This document shows positions 9,799 through 20,348 of a DNA stretch of 64,000 bases, piece after piece (positions within the stretch are counted from its first letter, which is position 1; the number at the start of each line of letters is the position of its first letter). This DNA comes from a virus. The stretch lies in IMG/VR virus record IMGVR_UViG_3300045988_141197. One strand, 5' to 3'. The notes under the pieces are model-generated. The model had not been told where the DNA came from. It did no database searches and worked only from the letters and a program-made list of their open reading frames with translations. A program made the position numbers and the translations under genes.

Positions 9799-10404
9799 AT
9801 GGGATTACTTAACAGACAAGACTCTAAAATTTTTAGAGGTTATTTTAATGAAATGTGTAAATTAATTGGTATATCTGTAGGATATCAATATGTAACTAAA
9901 AAAGAATTAACTATTCATTCTGAAGATAATAGTGAATTATCTATGCCTATAAGAATAGATATTCTATTTGATGAAAATCCAAATATAGATACATTAAATA
10001 AAATAGGTTGGGTAAGTGAATTAAATGATCAAAAACCTATCATTGCAAATCTTCCTTATAATACACCTAACTTATCTGTTAATGCTAGAATCATAGTAGA
10101 AAGTATAGATGGTGTAGCTAGACCTAGAGTATTTAGAATAACAAAAATACAATCAGATCTAGAATTTCCAGATGCTTATACTTGTGCTTTAGTTCCTGTA
10201 TTTGATCAATACACTCAAAAGAATCAATATACTCTAGTTAATACTGAGAAGATTAGTCAAGATGAATCAAAACGTACATCAAAAGATCAACCATCAAAAT
10301 ATATAACAGGAGAGCATGATATTGATACCACTCCAAAAGAACATATAGAGTGGGAAAATAATTTTACTTATATTGATGATTCTAATAGTCCATATAGTGG
10401 GTAA
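9799..10404 (+). CDS. hypothetical protein
   Basis: ORF with RBS aaggag. Confidence 0.5.
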   Translation: MGLLNRQDSKIFRGYFNEMCKLIGISVGYQYVTKKELTIHSEDNSELSMPIRIDILFDENPNIDTLNKIGWVSELNDQKPIIANLPYNTPNLSVNARIIVESIDGVARPRVFRITKIQSDLEFPDAYTCALVPVFDQYTQKNQYTLVNTEKISQDESKRTSKDQPSKYITGEHDIDTTPKEHIEWENNFTYIDDSNSPYSG

Positions 10405-10892
10405 TGCTTATGCTAATTAGACAATTTCAATTTATTAACATTACTGAGGAAGAGTTAGAAATTATACCTGATTTCTGTGAATGGCTTTGTCAGCAAATGT
10501 ATAGTTATATAGATAATAAAATAAATAGAAGAAAAATTCAATTACGACTTAATTATATATATCAAGTTCCTTGGATAGAATGGAAGAAAAATAAATATAT
10601 TGGAGTATCTGAAATTATGGACGCTATAAATAAATCTTTTAGTTATGAAGAATATAGAAATAATATTTGGAAGATTCAAACAAATAGTAAAGTTTTAATT
10701 CCTGAATCTAATACTTTAATAGATAGATTAATTCGTTTTATTGAGTTTGGAGATCAACACCAAAGAGGAACTGGAATGTTTACAGGTTTGAAAAAACATT
10801 ATGATGCATCAAAATTAAATACCTTATGGAGAATATATAAATCATATGAATTAGGTACTTATTTATCTGATGTAAAAATTATTACAGATTAG
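10404..10892 (+). CDS. hypothetical protein
   Basis: ORF whose start overlaps the stop of the upstream gene. Confidence 0.45.
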   Translation: MLMLIRQFQFINITEEELEIIPDFCEWLCQQMYSYIDNKINRRKIQLRLNYIYQVPWIEWKKNKYIGVSEIMDAINKSFSYEEYRNNIWKIQTNSKVLIPESNTLIDRLIRFIEFGDQHQRGTGMFTGLKKHYDASKLNTLWRIYKSYELGTYLSDVKIITD

Positions 10893-10902
10893 AAGGTGAA
10901 GT

Positions 10903-11646
10903 ATGTCAAGTAAAGATGTAAATCAAAAAGAATTGGTAAATCAAAAAATTAATGAGCAAGATGTTTCTGTATATGCTTATGATAAAGCAATTGTAGAAGA
11001 TTTTAGAGCTCGTTTTAAAAAATCAATAGTGGATAGTGAAGTTAATCCTAATGTACAAATAGGATCTCCTGATCAAATGTTTAATATTATTGGTCAGTTG
11101 GATAATGATAATGTTATTATGCCTTTTATAGGATTACAAAGATTAGACTGGCAATTAAATCTTGATAGACAAGGATTCCAAACATTTATAGGAGATAGAG
11201 TATATCAAAGAATTGGACCTGATGATAAACCTATAAATGTTAGAGCACAAGTTATTCCTATAACAATTAATTATAGATTAAGTGTATGGTCTAAGGATAG
11301 AGTTACAAATGATGCTCTAGTGAGAGAATTATTATTTTATTACCATCTAAGGCCTTCTCTAATGGTATATGTAGGTCATGGACTAAATATAGCTCATAAG
11401 TTTAATATTTACTTTAATTCTGGAATTGAAGATAATTCAGATATTGCTAATTTTAATAATAATGGAACATATTTTAGACAAGATATGACTTTCTATACAG
11501 ATGATGCTTACTTGTGGAGAGCTAATTATGAGCAACTTGTTGAAATTGAACCAAATTTATATTTTAATTATGGTAATCCTTCAGAAGGTAGTTTAAAATA
11601 TGGGGCTAATATTGATAATACATCTCCTTATGAATTTAAACAATAG
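10903..11646 (+). CDS. hypothetical protein
   Basis: ORF with RBS gaaggtg. Confidence 0.45.
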   Translation: MSSKDVNQKELVNQKINEQDVSVYAYDKAIVEDFRARFKKSIVDSEVNPNVQIGSPDQMFNIIGQLDNDNVIMPFIGLQRLDWQLNLDRQGFQTFIGDRVYQRIGPDDKPINVRAQVIPITINYRLSVWSKDRVTNDALVRELLFYYHLRPSLMVYVGHGLNIAHKFNIYFNSGIEDNSDIANFNNNGTYFRQDMTFYTDDAYLWRANYEQLVEIEPNLYFNYGNPSEGSLKYGANIDNTSPYEFKQ

Positions 11647-11701
11647 AAAGAAAATATAGAGAAATATAGAGAAATATAATATTAAGTGCATACATAAATA
11701 A

Positions 11702-11728
11702 AAAGATCTTAATAGATCTTTTTATTTT
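11702..11728 (+). terminator. rho-independent terminator
   Basis: Hairpin aaagatcttaatagatcttt followed by a T-run. Confidence 0.6.
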
Positions 11729-11730
11729 CT

Positions 11731-11749
11731 GTAAAATAATTATTGATAG
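11731..11749 (+). promoter_or_regulatory. promoter-like motif GTAAAATAATTATTGATAG
   Basis: Variant of the conserved motif, immediately downstream of the terminator. Confidence 0.35.
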
Positions 11750-11760
11750 AGGTGAAAGAG

Positions 11761-12063
11761 ATGATAAAAGTTTTTAATAAAAGCAAACGATCAATATTTA
11801 TAGCAGGTATTCAAATTCTACCTAAGGATTCATTTACCTGGGTTGACAGTATGATTACACCTGATATAAAAAATAGAATAAATATACAAGAAAGATTAGG
11901 TTTTGCATTAGTTACTGAAATTGAAGAAATAAATGATATTCCAGAGCCTATAGAAGAAGTAACTAATAATATAGAAACTGTTTTAACAGAAACTGTAGAA
12001 GAAGTTAAAACTAAATCTACTAAACCTAAATCTAAATCTAAAAAGAAAACAAATAAGGAGTAA
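11761..12063 (+). CDS. hypothetical protein with lysine-rich C-terminal tail
   Basis: ATG at 11761 after RBS gaggtg. C-terminus KSTKPKSKSKKKTNKE. Confidence 0.45.
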   Translation: MIKVFNKSKRSIFIAGIQILPKDSFTWVDSMITPDIKNRINIQERLGFALVTEIEEINDIPEPIEEVTNNIETVLTETVEEVKTKSTKPKSKSKKKTNKE

Positions 12064-12069
12064 TGAATT

Positions 12070-12753
12070 ATGATATTATTAGAAGCTATAGAAGTTCATG
12101 ATAAATTAAATCCTAAAATATGGAATGAAGATACTACTATGAAACCTGAAGTAGAAACCAAATTATTAGATATAGCTAATGAGTTTATAGATAATACTGA
12201 AATACCACTTAATATAGTAGATATAGAAGTTGTAGGATCTAACGCTTCTTATAATTATAATGAAAATAGTGATATTGATTTACATATTATTGTAAATAGT
12301 GAAGTTAATTTCATGGATAAAGAATTATTACAACAATTTTATAATGCTAAAAAATCTTCTTTCAATGATAAATATGATATATCAGTTCATAATATACCAG
12401 TAGAACTATATATCGAAGATGTGAAAGATGGTAATGCTACAAATGGAAGGTATAGTATCTTAAAAAGTGAGTGGTTATTATTTCCAGAACCAATAAATTA
12501 TGATATACCTGATATTTCTCAAGATTTACAGACTTATTTAGAGAAATGTGAGAATATGCTTCAATCTAATGATGCTGAACAGATAAGAGTATTTATAAAT
12601 GATTTATATATGATGAGAAAATTAGGATTGGCTGAAGAGGGAGAAGCTAGTAAAGGTAACTTAATATTTAAAGAATTAAGAAATATGAATATGCTTTCAG
12701 ATTTACGTGATAGATATTATGAATTAAGAAGTGATAATTTAAGTTTAAATTAA
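12070..12753 (+). CDS. nucleotidyltransferase-fold (Pol-beta superfamily) protein
   Basis: Motif VVGSNASYNYNENSDIDLHII fits the GS-x9-13-DxD signature. A downstream acidic strand VELYIED follows. Confidence 0.5.
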   Translation: MILLEAIEVHDKLNPKIWNEDTTMKPEVETKLLDIANEFIDNTEIPLNIVDIEVVGSNASYNYNENSDIDLHIIVNSEVNFMDKELLQQFYNAKKSSFNDKYDISVHNIPVELYIEDVKDGNATNGRYSILKSEWLLFPEPINYDIPDISQDLQTYLEKCENMLQSNDAEQIRVFINDLYMMRKLGLAEEGEASKGNLIFKELRNMNMLSDLRDRYYELRSDNLSLN

Positions 12754-12820
12754 ATAGAAATCTCTTTCTATTTTTTGAAAACTATTATATAATATATTTA
12801 TTGAAAGGAGATAAAATTAT

Positions 12821-13579
12821 ATGGAATTTAATAATCAAGAAGAATTAATGCAAGCGGCTGCTGATATATATAGTATGGCAGAAACAATTTATAAAGGTAG
12901 TGAGATTAATGCTGATACTTTATATAGTACAGCTAAAAATCATTTTGATTTTACTGATGCTCAACTTAATCAATTAAGTGATTATTTTCAAAAGGAAGAA
13001 CAAGAATTTTGGGGATTAGAGGATGATTCATTAAAAGAAGCAAAAGAATTACCTAAATTAAAACAAACTCCTAGAACAGATGGTGGAAAAAATTATAAGA
13101 AAATAGACTTATATGTTGATGGAGAATATTGGTGCTCAACAAATGCTAGTAAAACAATAAAAGATGCTATAGAAAAAGCTAAAAAAGAATACCCAGAATT
13201 AAAAGATAGAGAAATTAAAGGTAGTTTTGCTGAATCTAAAAAAGTAGAAAATAGACCTAACAAAATAACTTATAAAGAATTAAAAGAAATATTTACAAAT
13301 ATAAATAAGAATAAAGAACCTGATAAATATGGAGTTATTGTATTTACAGAAGATTCTTTTGATAAACCATATTCTTTAGAATCAAGAAGTTATGAGGTAA
13401 GTAGTGATAATAAAGTATTTAAACCAGATGCTTTAGGGTATTCTTTATATGGATCTGCTTTAGATGGTTCTGATGATGGAGTTAGATTAGAATCTTATAT
13501 GAAAGAAGAACAGGGTGGTTCTAATGGCTGGAAAGTAGATTATTGTTATATTTTAGACAATGAAAAAGAGGTGGAATAA
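12821..13579 (+). CDS. hypothetical protein
   Basis: ORF with RBS aaggag. Confidence 0.45.
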   Translation: MEFNNQEELMQAAADIYSMAETIYKGSEINADTLYSTAKNHFDFTDAQLNQLSDYFQKEEQEFWGLEDDSLKEAKELPKLKQTPRTDGGKNYKKIDLYVDGEYWCSTNASKTIKDAIEKAKKEYPELKDREIKGSFAESKKVENRPNKITYKELKEIFTNINKNKEPDKYGVIVFTEDSFDKPYSLESRSYEVSSDNKVFKPDALGYSLYGSALDGSDDGVRLESYMKEEQGGSNGWKVDYCYILDNEKEVE

Positions 13580-14682
13580 TGAATAATTTTTGGACAGAAG
13601 CTGATAGTAGTGCTCCTTTTAATATGTATAAAGATAAAGTTCATTATGATTACATATTGACAGCTAAAATGCCTATTAAATTTATGATAGGTAATAGAGA
13701 GGCTGAATATGAAGATTTCGAAAAAGCTAACAAACATGAAGGAGATTATTATTTTGAAAAACAAGTAATTAATTTACTAAAAAATGAAGATTGGATGCAA
13801 TATCCTTTTGATGAATTAGGGTTAGGAACTCAATATGGTATATTGGAAAATGATTTAGATACTGATTTAGAAATAAAAGTAGGAATTTCCTTAAATGATG
13901 CTAAAAAAGAGGTTAATGAAAATATCTTAAAGGAAGATATGGAATCATTACTAGAAGGCATATTAGATAATTTGGATTCGGCTCTAGTTATTGATAAAGA
14001 TGATGTAGATAGAAATGTATACATGAAAGTTACAGGAGACCCTAAAAAAGCTGACATAAAAATAGAACATCAAGAAAATAAACAAGAATCTCTTCTAATA
14101 GATATTGATAAAAAATTAGTAACTGAAAGTAAATTGGTTTTAACAAATAAAGAATCCATTTATGAAGTTAAACTAAATGATGAAGGAAAAATAGAAAAGT
14201 ATCTAAATAATAATTTAGTAGAATCTATTAATTTTTCTAAAACTAGTTTAACTCAATTTGTAAAAGAATTATTTAAAGAAGGTTATGAGCTTCAAAATAG
14301 TCAAGGAGATGTAATTGATACTGATAAAGCAAAACAAGATATTGAAAAAAATATTGAGCAAATAGATGAATTACAGGAACTTCAAAATGAATTAGTTGAT
14401 AAAGTAGATCAATTAACAGGAGTTAATGAAAGTGTGCAAATAGACTTTCCATCCACTGAATTTACACAAAAAGTTTTAACTCCTAATGAAATAATGATAA
14501 GTTCTTTTGATAATAATTTAACAGATGACCAAAAAGTTTATATTTTAACTAAAGTTGATTCATTAGATGAGTTTAAAGAGTGTCTAAATCAATTATGTGA
14601 TTTGGCTGAATTTAATGAAAATGAGCCTATTATAAGTATTGATGATTATATAAATAATTTAAATAAAGGGGGTATTTGCTAA
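13579..14682 (+). CDS. hypothetical acidic protein
   Basis: ORF translationally coupled to the upstream gene. Confidence 0.45.
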   Translation: MNNFWTEADSSAPFNMYKDKVHYDYILTAKMPIKFMIGNREAEYEDFEKANKHEGDYYFEKQVINLLKNEDWMQYPFDELGLGTQYGILENDLDTDLEIKVGISLNDAKKEVNENILKEDMESLLEGILDNLDSALVIDKDDVDRNVYMKVTGDPKKADIKIEHQENKQESLLIDIDKKLVTESKLVLTNKESIYEVKLNDEGKIEKYLNNNLVESINFSKTSLTQFVKELFKEGYELQNSQGDVIDTDKAKQDIEKNIEQIDELQELQNELVDKVDQLTGVNESVQIDFPSTEFTQKVLTPNEIMISSFDNNLTDDQKVYILTKVDSLDEFKECLNQLCDLAEFNENEPIISIDDYINNLNKGGIC

Positions 14683-16823
14683 TGAATGGAATTTCTAATA
14701 AAGTTAGTTTAACTGAAGGAAATATTCAAAATATTGATGATGAAAATGTTACAGTAGCTGTTTCTACTGATGTTCCCAAAGAATTAGATAAAGTAGAAAA
14801 AGATGATAAACAATCTTTTGAAGAGTTTAAAACTTTATATAAAGATGTTATAACAATGAAATGTAAACAAGATTTTGGAGACTGTGAAGATCAAAAGCTT
14901 TGGGAAGATGCAGCTAAAGAATTATTTCTTCAATCTAAAAATTATATCTTAGAAGGAGAAGAATTTAAACCAAAAAAGGATTTACAAGAAGAACTTGAAA
15001 AAGAAAAGAAAACAGAAAATGTCATAGTAACTCCTCATGTAATTAAAGAGAATAACGAAAATGAATTTGATGATATTAAACCTGGTGATGAATTCATTAA
15101 TGATTCAGGATCTAAAATAGTTATGTTAGAACCAACTGAGACAGATGAATATAATTTCAAAATTATTAATACTAATACAAACGAAGAAGGAACTGGTAAG
15201 TTTTCTTGTACTTTTATGAGAGATTTATTAAAGGATAATCATTATAAGAAAGTTATATCTAGTGAATTGAATGAAAGTATTAATAATGAGCCTAAAAATG
15301 AATTAAGTGCAACTGAATTTGTATCTTTAATAGATAACCTTAAAAAGATGGATTTATGGGATGGTAAAGATGAAACTTTTAAAGATGCTGTAGAAAAATA
15401 TTATTCTATATTAGATACACAATCTAAACTAAAAAATGAAGGAACTATATTATCAGAAGAACAATTGAGAGAAGAAGCTGATTCTCCTGAATTTAAATAC
15501 CAATTATTAGATAGATTAAAATCAGATTGCGAATATTTCTTAAAAGCTGGAAATAGAAATGAAAAACATTTATGGGCAGGAAATGTAGATGATCAAATAG
15601 CTAAAATGAAAGAATTATGGAATAGCTTAGAAGAAAAACCAGAATGGCTATCTATGGAAGATATAGAAAATTATGAAAAAGAAATGAAACAAGATACAGT
15701 AGAAGAAGCATATGATATATCTTATCATTTAGCTGAATATGATAAAGTATTAAGAAATGATAATGATACATATTGTGTAAAAGTAGAAAATAGAACAGCC
15801 CAAACAGAAACTAAATGGTTATTAGTTGACAAAGCTTATGTAGAAAAAATGAAAGAACTTGAAAATAATTACAAACAAGAAGTAGATGAAGATAATAAAA
15901 TTGAAGAAAGTTATAGAGTACATTGGACTTACATAGATAAAAAAGATAATAAACATTCTACAAGTAAAGGACATTTTCTTACAATAGAAGAAGCTCAAGC
16001 ATTTGTTAATGAATTAAAAAAGAAACCTATATCACAACAAGGACCTGTTGATGAACCTGAAATAAAAACTGAATCTAAATCATTAGAAGAAGGAGCTAAA
16101 GAAGATTTAGGTATCGAACCTGGATCTGATGAAGAAGCAGAAGCCACTTTAACAGAATCAGTAAATATTGGAGATAAAGTTAAAATATTAAATTCAAATG
16201 AGCTTCATAATAATAAACAAGGTGAAGTTACATACATAGATGATGATATTATAACAGTCAAGTTAGATAATGGTAGATCATTTAACTATGATAAAAATCA
16301 AGTTCAAAAAATTGAAGAAGGAGTTGAAGAAGGAGTTGAAGAAAAAACAACTTTAGAGGAAGATAAATTCTTTAATTTATATCAATCATTTAATAACTTG
16401 TATGGAATTAACAAAATGAATCCTAGTGAATTAATTGAATTTATTAATGATTTGAAGAAAATGAATAGAATATCTGATAAAGACTTTAATGTAATGAATG
16501 ATTATGCTAATAAATGGCAAGATCTAATAAATAAAACTGGATACGAATCAAATATAGTTGATGAATCAAAAGAAGTTAAAACAGAAGATCAATATGAAGC
16601 AGAAAGAAGAAAAGGGAGACCTAATTTAGATAAAATCGCCCAAGAAGTTTTTGAATATGATGATTATTATATAAATGTAGTAGATAATTACAAAGATGAG
16701 TGGGATTTTGTTAAAGATAATGTAGCAGAAGTAGCAGCTGAATATAATCTAAGAGAACAAGCAGCTGAAGCTGTTATGAGAAAAATATATAAAATGGCTA
16801 AAGAAAATTCAAAGGAATCTTAA
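14676..16823 (+). CDS. hypothetical very acidic protein (715 aa)
   Basis: Long ORF rich in E, D and K with low-complexity acidic stretches. Confidence 0.45.
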   Translation: MLMNGISNKVSLTEGNIQNIDDENVTVAVSTDVPKELDKVEKDDKQSFEEFKTLYKDVITMKCKQDFGDCEDQKLWEDAAKELFLQSKNYILEGEEFKPKKDLQEELEKEKKTENVIVTPHVIKENNENEFDDIKPGDEFINDSGSKIVMLEPTETDEYNFKIINTNTNEEGTGKFSCTFMRDLLKDNHYKKVISSELNESINNEPKNELSATEFVSLIDNLKKMDLWDGKDETFKDAVEKYYSILDTQSKLKNEGTILSEEQLREEADSPEFKYQLLDRLKSDCEYFLKAGNRNEKHLWAGNVDDQIAKMKELWNSLEEKPEWLSMEDIENYEKEMKQDTVEEAYDISYHLAEYDKVLRNDNDTYCVKVENRTAQTETKWLLVDKAYVEKMKELENNYKQEVDEDNKIEESYRVHWTYIDKKDNKHSTSKGHFLTIEEAQAFVNELKKKPISQQGPVDEPEIKTESKSLEEGAKEDLGIEPGSDEEAEATLTESVNIGDKVKILNSNELHNNKQGEVTYIDDDIITVKLDNGRSFNYDKNQVQKIEEGVEEGVEEKTTLEEDKFFNLYQSFNNLYGINKMNPSELIEFINDLKKMNRISDKDFNVMNDYANKWQDLINKTGYESNIVDESKEVKTEDQYEAERRKGRPNLDKIAQEVFEYDDYYINVVDNYKDEWDFVKDNVAEVAAEYNLREQAAEAVMRKIYKMAKENSKES

Positions 16824-17208
16824 AAATTATTCTTATAGATACTTTAATAGGATTTGAAAAATCTTTAGGATAAATATAAAAAAGATACTAAAATTTAAAT
16901 TTATGTTGATTTTTTTAAATTTTTGAGTTATAATAAAATAAACATAGCAATAATAAATAGAGTACTGAACAGTATTCAATTATTGTTATTTGCTTTAATT
17001 GGTAAGTTATAGTGTTCGGATTGGCGTTTGAAAAACTATAACTTATTTTTATTTTATTAGTATTTATTTTAAGTCTTTCAAATTTAGTCTGTTATAATCC
17101 ATGAAAAACATCTACTTGTCATTTTTTAGCTTTAATATAAGTATTCTTTTAGTAGGTAGTAATACCTACTATTTTTATGCCCATTTTAATATTTTAAAAA
17201 CTCTTTGT

Positions 17209-17225
17209 GTAAAATATTATTAGAG
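17209..17225 (+). promoter_or_regulatory. promoter-like motif GTGTAAAATATTATTAGAG
   Basis: Copy of the conserved motif upstream of the head-module operon. Confidence 0.4.
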
Positions 17226-17283
17226 AAATAGCAAATACTATGGCTCTGTTTATTATAATAGAAAGAAAAGAGGAATTAAGGAT

Positions 17284-18762
17284 ATGGGAAAAGCTACAAT
17301 TATAGAAGCTCAAAACTCAAATACTGTATATGAAGAAGGAAAATCTAAAGGTATCCTTGGTAAACTTAAAGGTATATTTGCTGATTATAAACATGGAACA
17401 AGAAATGCAGATAGATTATATACAGAAGAGTTATGGGATAATAGAGTATTTGGTTCTGAAGATGTAATGGAAGCTTTAGAAACAAAAACATTATTTGGTG
17501 AATTAGATCATCCTGAAGGTGATAGATGTGAAACATTAGCTAAAAATGCTGCTATAACAATTACTAAATTAGAAAAAAGACCTGAAGAAGGTGTTATATA
17601 TGGTGAAGCTGAAATATTAGATACACCAACAGGTAGAATAGTAAAAGCATTGGCAGATAGTGGAGCTAAATTAGGAATATCTTCAAGAGGTATGGGTGAA
17701 GAAATATATCAAGAAGGAAAAAATATAATAGACCCTGAAACATATGATTTTATAACATTTGATGTTGTTGTAACTCCTGCAAACACAAAAGCTAGAGTTG
17801 CTTTGACTGAAAGTAAACATATAAGTAAATTAACAGAGAGTTTACAAAAAGAAATAGATGAAGCTGAAACAGCTAATCAATTAAATCAAATAAAAACAGT
17901 TGCTGAATGTACTTCAATATCTAATAAAGAAGATGTATTGAATTTAATAGAAACTAAATTACGTAAAGTTAACAATATAAAAATTAATGATAAGTTAACT
18001 GAAGCTAATAGACAAATTGCTTTAGATTTAATTAAAAAGAAATATACAGAAACAAAAGCTCAATTAGATGAATCATTAGAAGCTAATACAGCTCTTGCTG
18101 AAGAGAATACAAAATTAATAGAAGAAAATAACTATTATAAAGATTCTAAAGATTTATTAAAATCTAAACTAAAAGAAGCTAAATGCTCTGTAACTGATGA
18201 AGTTTCTAAATTACAAGAAGAATTAGAACAAGCAAAAGCTGAAATAAATAAATTAAATGAAGAAAAATTAGAAGAAGCTAAAAGACATGAAGATAATCTT
18301 AATAAATTAAAAGAAGTGCAAACTAGAAAAATAGAACAATTAAATAAAATTCATCAAGAAGAAATAGAAAAATTAGAAGAAGCTAAAACAATGTCAGAGG
18401 ATAAATTTAATAGATTACTTGAATCAAACAGAGAATTAAGTAAAAATATTGAAAGTAGTAGTAAAATATTAATAGAGAACCAAGAACTAAAACAAAAAGT
18501 AGAATCTCTAGAAGCTGATAAACAAAATAATGCTAAAAAATTAACTGAAAGTAAGCAAGCTGAGGCTAGAAAAGTATTAGAGTTAGAGAAACAAATAAAA
18601 GAATTAACTGAAAGTAAAGCTAAAATGGAAGAAGCTGAAAGCAGATTTTCAAAATTAGCTTTTAATCCAATTGGTACTGTTAAAGCAGTTGCTGAAAACT
18701 TTGGTACAGGAGATTACTCACAAGATGAAATAGATTTATTTAAAGCTTTAACAAATCAGTAA
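17284..18762 (+). CDS. putative prohead protease / scaffolding fusion protein
   Basis: Globular N-terminal domain (~190 aa, ELDHPEG motif) followed by ~300 aa of coiled coil. Lies two genes upstream of the major capsid gene. Confidence 0.4.
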   Translation: MGKATIIEAQNSNTVYEEGKSKGILGKLKGIFADYKHGTRNADRLYTEELWDNRVFGSEDVMEALETKTLFGELDHPEGDRCETLAKNAAITITKLEKRPEEGVIYGEAEILDTPTGRIVKALADSGAKLGISSRGMGEEIYQEGKNIIDPETYDFITFDVVVTPANTKARVALTESKHISKLTESLQKEIDEAETANQLNQIKTVAECTSISNKEDVLNLIETKLRKVNNIKINDKLTEANRQIALDLIKKKYTETKAQLDESLEANTALAEENTKLIEENNYYKDSKDLLKSKLKEAKCSVTDEVSKLQEELEQAKAEINKLNEEKLEEAKRHEDNLNKLKEVQTRKIEQLNKIHQEEIEKLEEAKTMSEDKFNRLLESNRELSKNIESSSKILIENQELKQKVESLEADKQNNAKKLTESKQAEARKVLELEKQIKELTESKAKMEEAESRFSKLAFNPIGTVKAVAENFGTGDYSQDEIDLFKALTNQ

Positions 18763-18983
18763 TTTTTTAAAAAATTGAAACAGCTTGTGTAAAATAATAT
18801 TAGATAATAATTAAATCATCTAAAAGATATTTGATGGATAATAATTATATAGTCTTTTAAAGATATTATGGACAACTAGGGAGTTAGTATAAAAACCAAC
18901 ATTATATATTATGATTAAATAATAATATGCTAATTATTAAAAATTAGTTAAAATTCAAAAAATTTTAAAAGGAGTGAATTATT

Positions 18984-19202
18984 ATGCCAGGAATGACAAA
19001 AGAGGCTTTAAACAGAGAAATCGCAGCTAATCCAGTTGCACAAAAATATGCTAAAAGAATTGGTCTTTTAGAATCTGCAAGAAAAGCTGTTGGTGCAAAA
19101 CCAATGAGCACATTTGAAAAATATTATGCAGGACAATTATTTGAAAATATTCAAAAAGGAAATCTTTATGAAGGATATACACAACCTTCAAACGTGGGTT
19201 AA
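18984..19202 (+). CDS. hypothetical small protein
   Basis: ORF with RBS aaggag. Confidence 0.45.
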   Translation: MPGMTKEALNREIAANPVAQKYAKRIGLLESARKAVGAKPMSTFEKYYAGQLFENIQKGNLYEGYTQPSNVG

Positions 19203-19375
19203 TAAATCTTTTTTAAAGCGGCTCACGCTAAACATCGTGAATTGCTGGAAACTCCTAAAGATTAAGATACTTGACATAAAGTAATAATTCTTAATATGTA
19301 ACAATGGACAATCAGCAGCTACATATAGTATAATATTATAATAATTAAATACATATTAGAAAGGTTTTAATTATT

Positions 19376-20221
19376 ATGATAGGTTATATCTATATTACAA
19401 CTAATTTAATAAATAATAAGCAATATATAGGCAAAAGAATATCTAATGAATTCTTAGGTACAAAATATCTAGGATCAGGAGTACTTCTCAAAAAAGCTGT
19501 AAATAAATACGGCGAAAGCAATTTTCAAGTAAAGTTAATTGAAGAATGTAATTCAAGACAGCAACTCATTGAACGAGAAGTATACTGGATACAATATTAT
19601 AATGCAGTAAACAATGATATGTTTTATAACTTATCTTATGGCAACGAAGGTCATGCAGGTAAGGGTACTTATAAACATTCTGAAGAATGTAAAAGAAAAA
19701 TAAGTATTGCTAACTCAAATAAAGTTAGAACACTTAAGAGCAAACGTCAAATAGCAGTTACACTTAAAAATAAACATCGTTTTTGGATAACTGACAATAT
19801 AAAAGAAAAGTTAGTTGATGCTTCAGAATTTGAAAAATATAAAAATAAAGGTTTTATAAAAGGTCGTAAACCTGTAAGTCAGGAACAAAGAAATAAAATG
19901 TCTATAATAGCAATAAATAGAAATAAAAAGTTAACAAAGAATCAATTATGTAATATATATGGTCATAATAAAGGAAGAAAGACATCTGACGAAGTTAAAC
20001 ATAAAATTAGTCAAGCATTAAAAAGTAGAAATACTTGGTCTAAAAATAGAATTTGGGTTCACAAAGATAATGTAAAAACTCGAATTTATGAATATCAATT
20101 AGATAATTATTTATTAAATGGTTACCACAGAGGTATGTATAAAGATAAATGTAAAATATGTAGTTCAACGACTATCGAAAACACTTGTATAGAAGAAAAA
20201 TTTATACAAGGAAGTGAGTAG
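19376..20221 (+). CDS. GIY-YIG homing endonuclease with NUMOD3-like repeats
   Basis: N-terminal GYIYITTNLINNKQYIGK (GIY...YIG), conserved R, E and N residues. C-terminal repeats of the form GRK..S.E.K.KIS. A sigma70-like promoter lies upstream (ttgaca ... tagtataat). Confidence 0.75.
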   Translation: MIGYIYITTNLINNKQYIGKRISNEFLGTKYLGSGVLLKKAVNKYGESNFQVKLIEECNSRQQLIEREVYWIQYYNAVNNDMFYNLSYGNEGHAGKGTYKHSEECKRKISIANSNKVRTLKSKRQIAVTLKNKHRFWITDNIKEKLVDASEFEKYKNKGFIKGRKPVSQEQRNKMSIIAINRNKKLTKNQLCNIYGHNKGRKTSDEVKHKISQALKSRNTWSKNRIWVHKDNVKTRIYEYQLDNYLLNGYHRGMYKDKCKICSSTTIENTCIEEKFIQGSE

Positions 20222-20348
20222 AGTAGGAATTAGTAATTCCGAAGTGCGATGCAACTTATTAACGGTTAAAGAAAATAGGTTGAAGATATAGTCTCAACTT
20301 AATAGAAATATTAAGAAAATAAGTGGAAACGACTTATTTGTAAGATAA

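Noticed and set aside
13546-14057. Two minus-strand ORFs (72 and 75 aa)
   Set aside because: Fully antisense within + strand genes in an AT-rich region. No RBS. Likely spurious.
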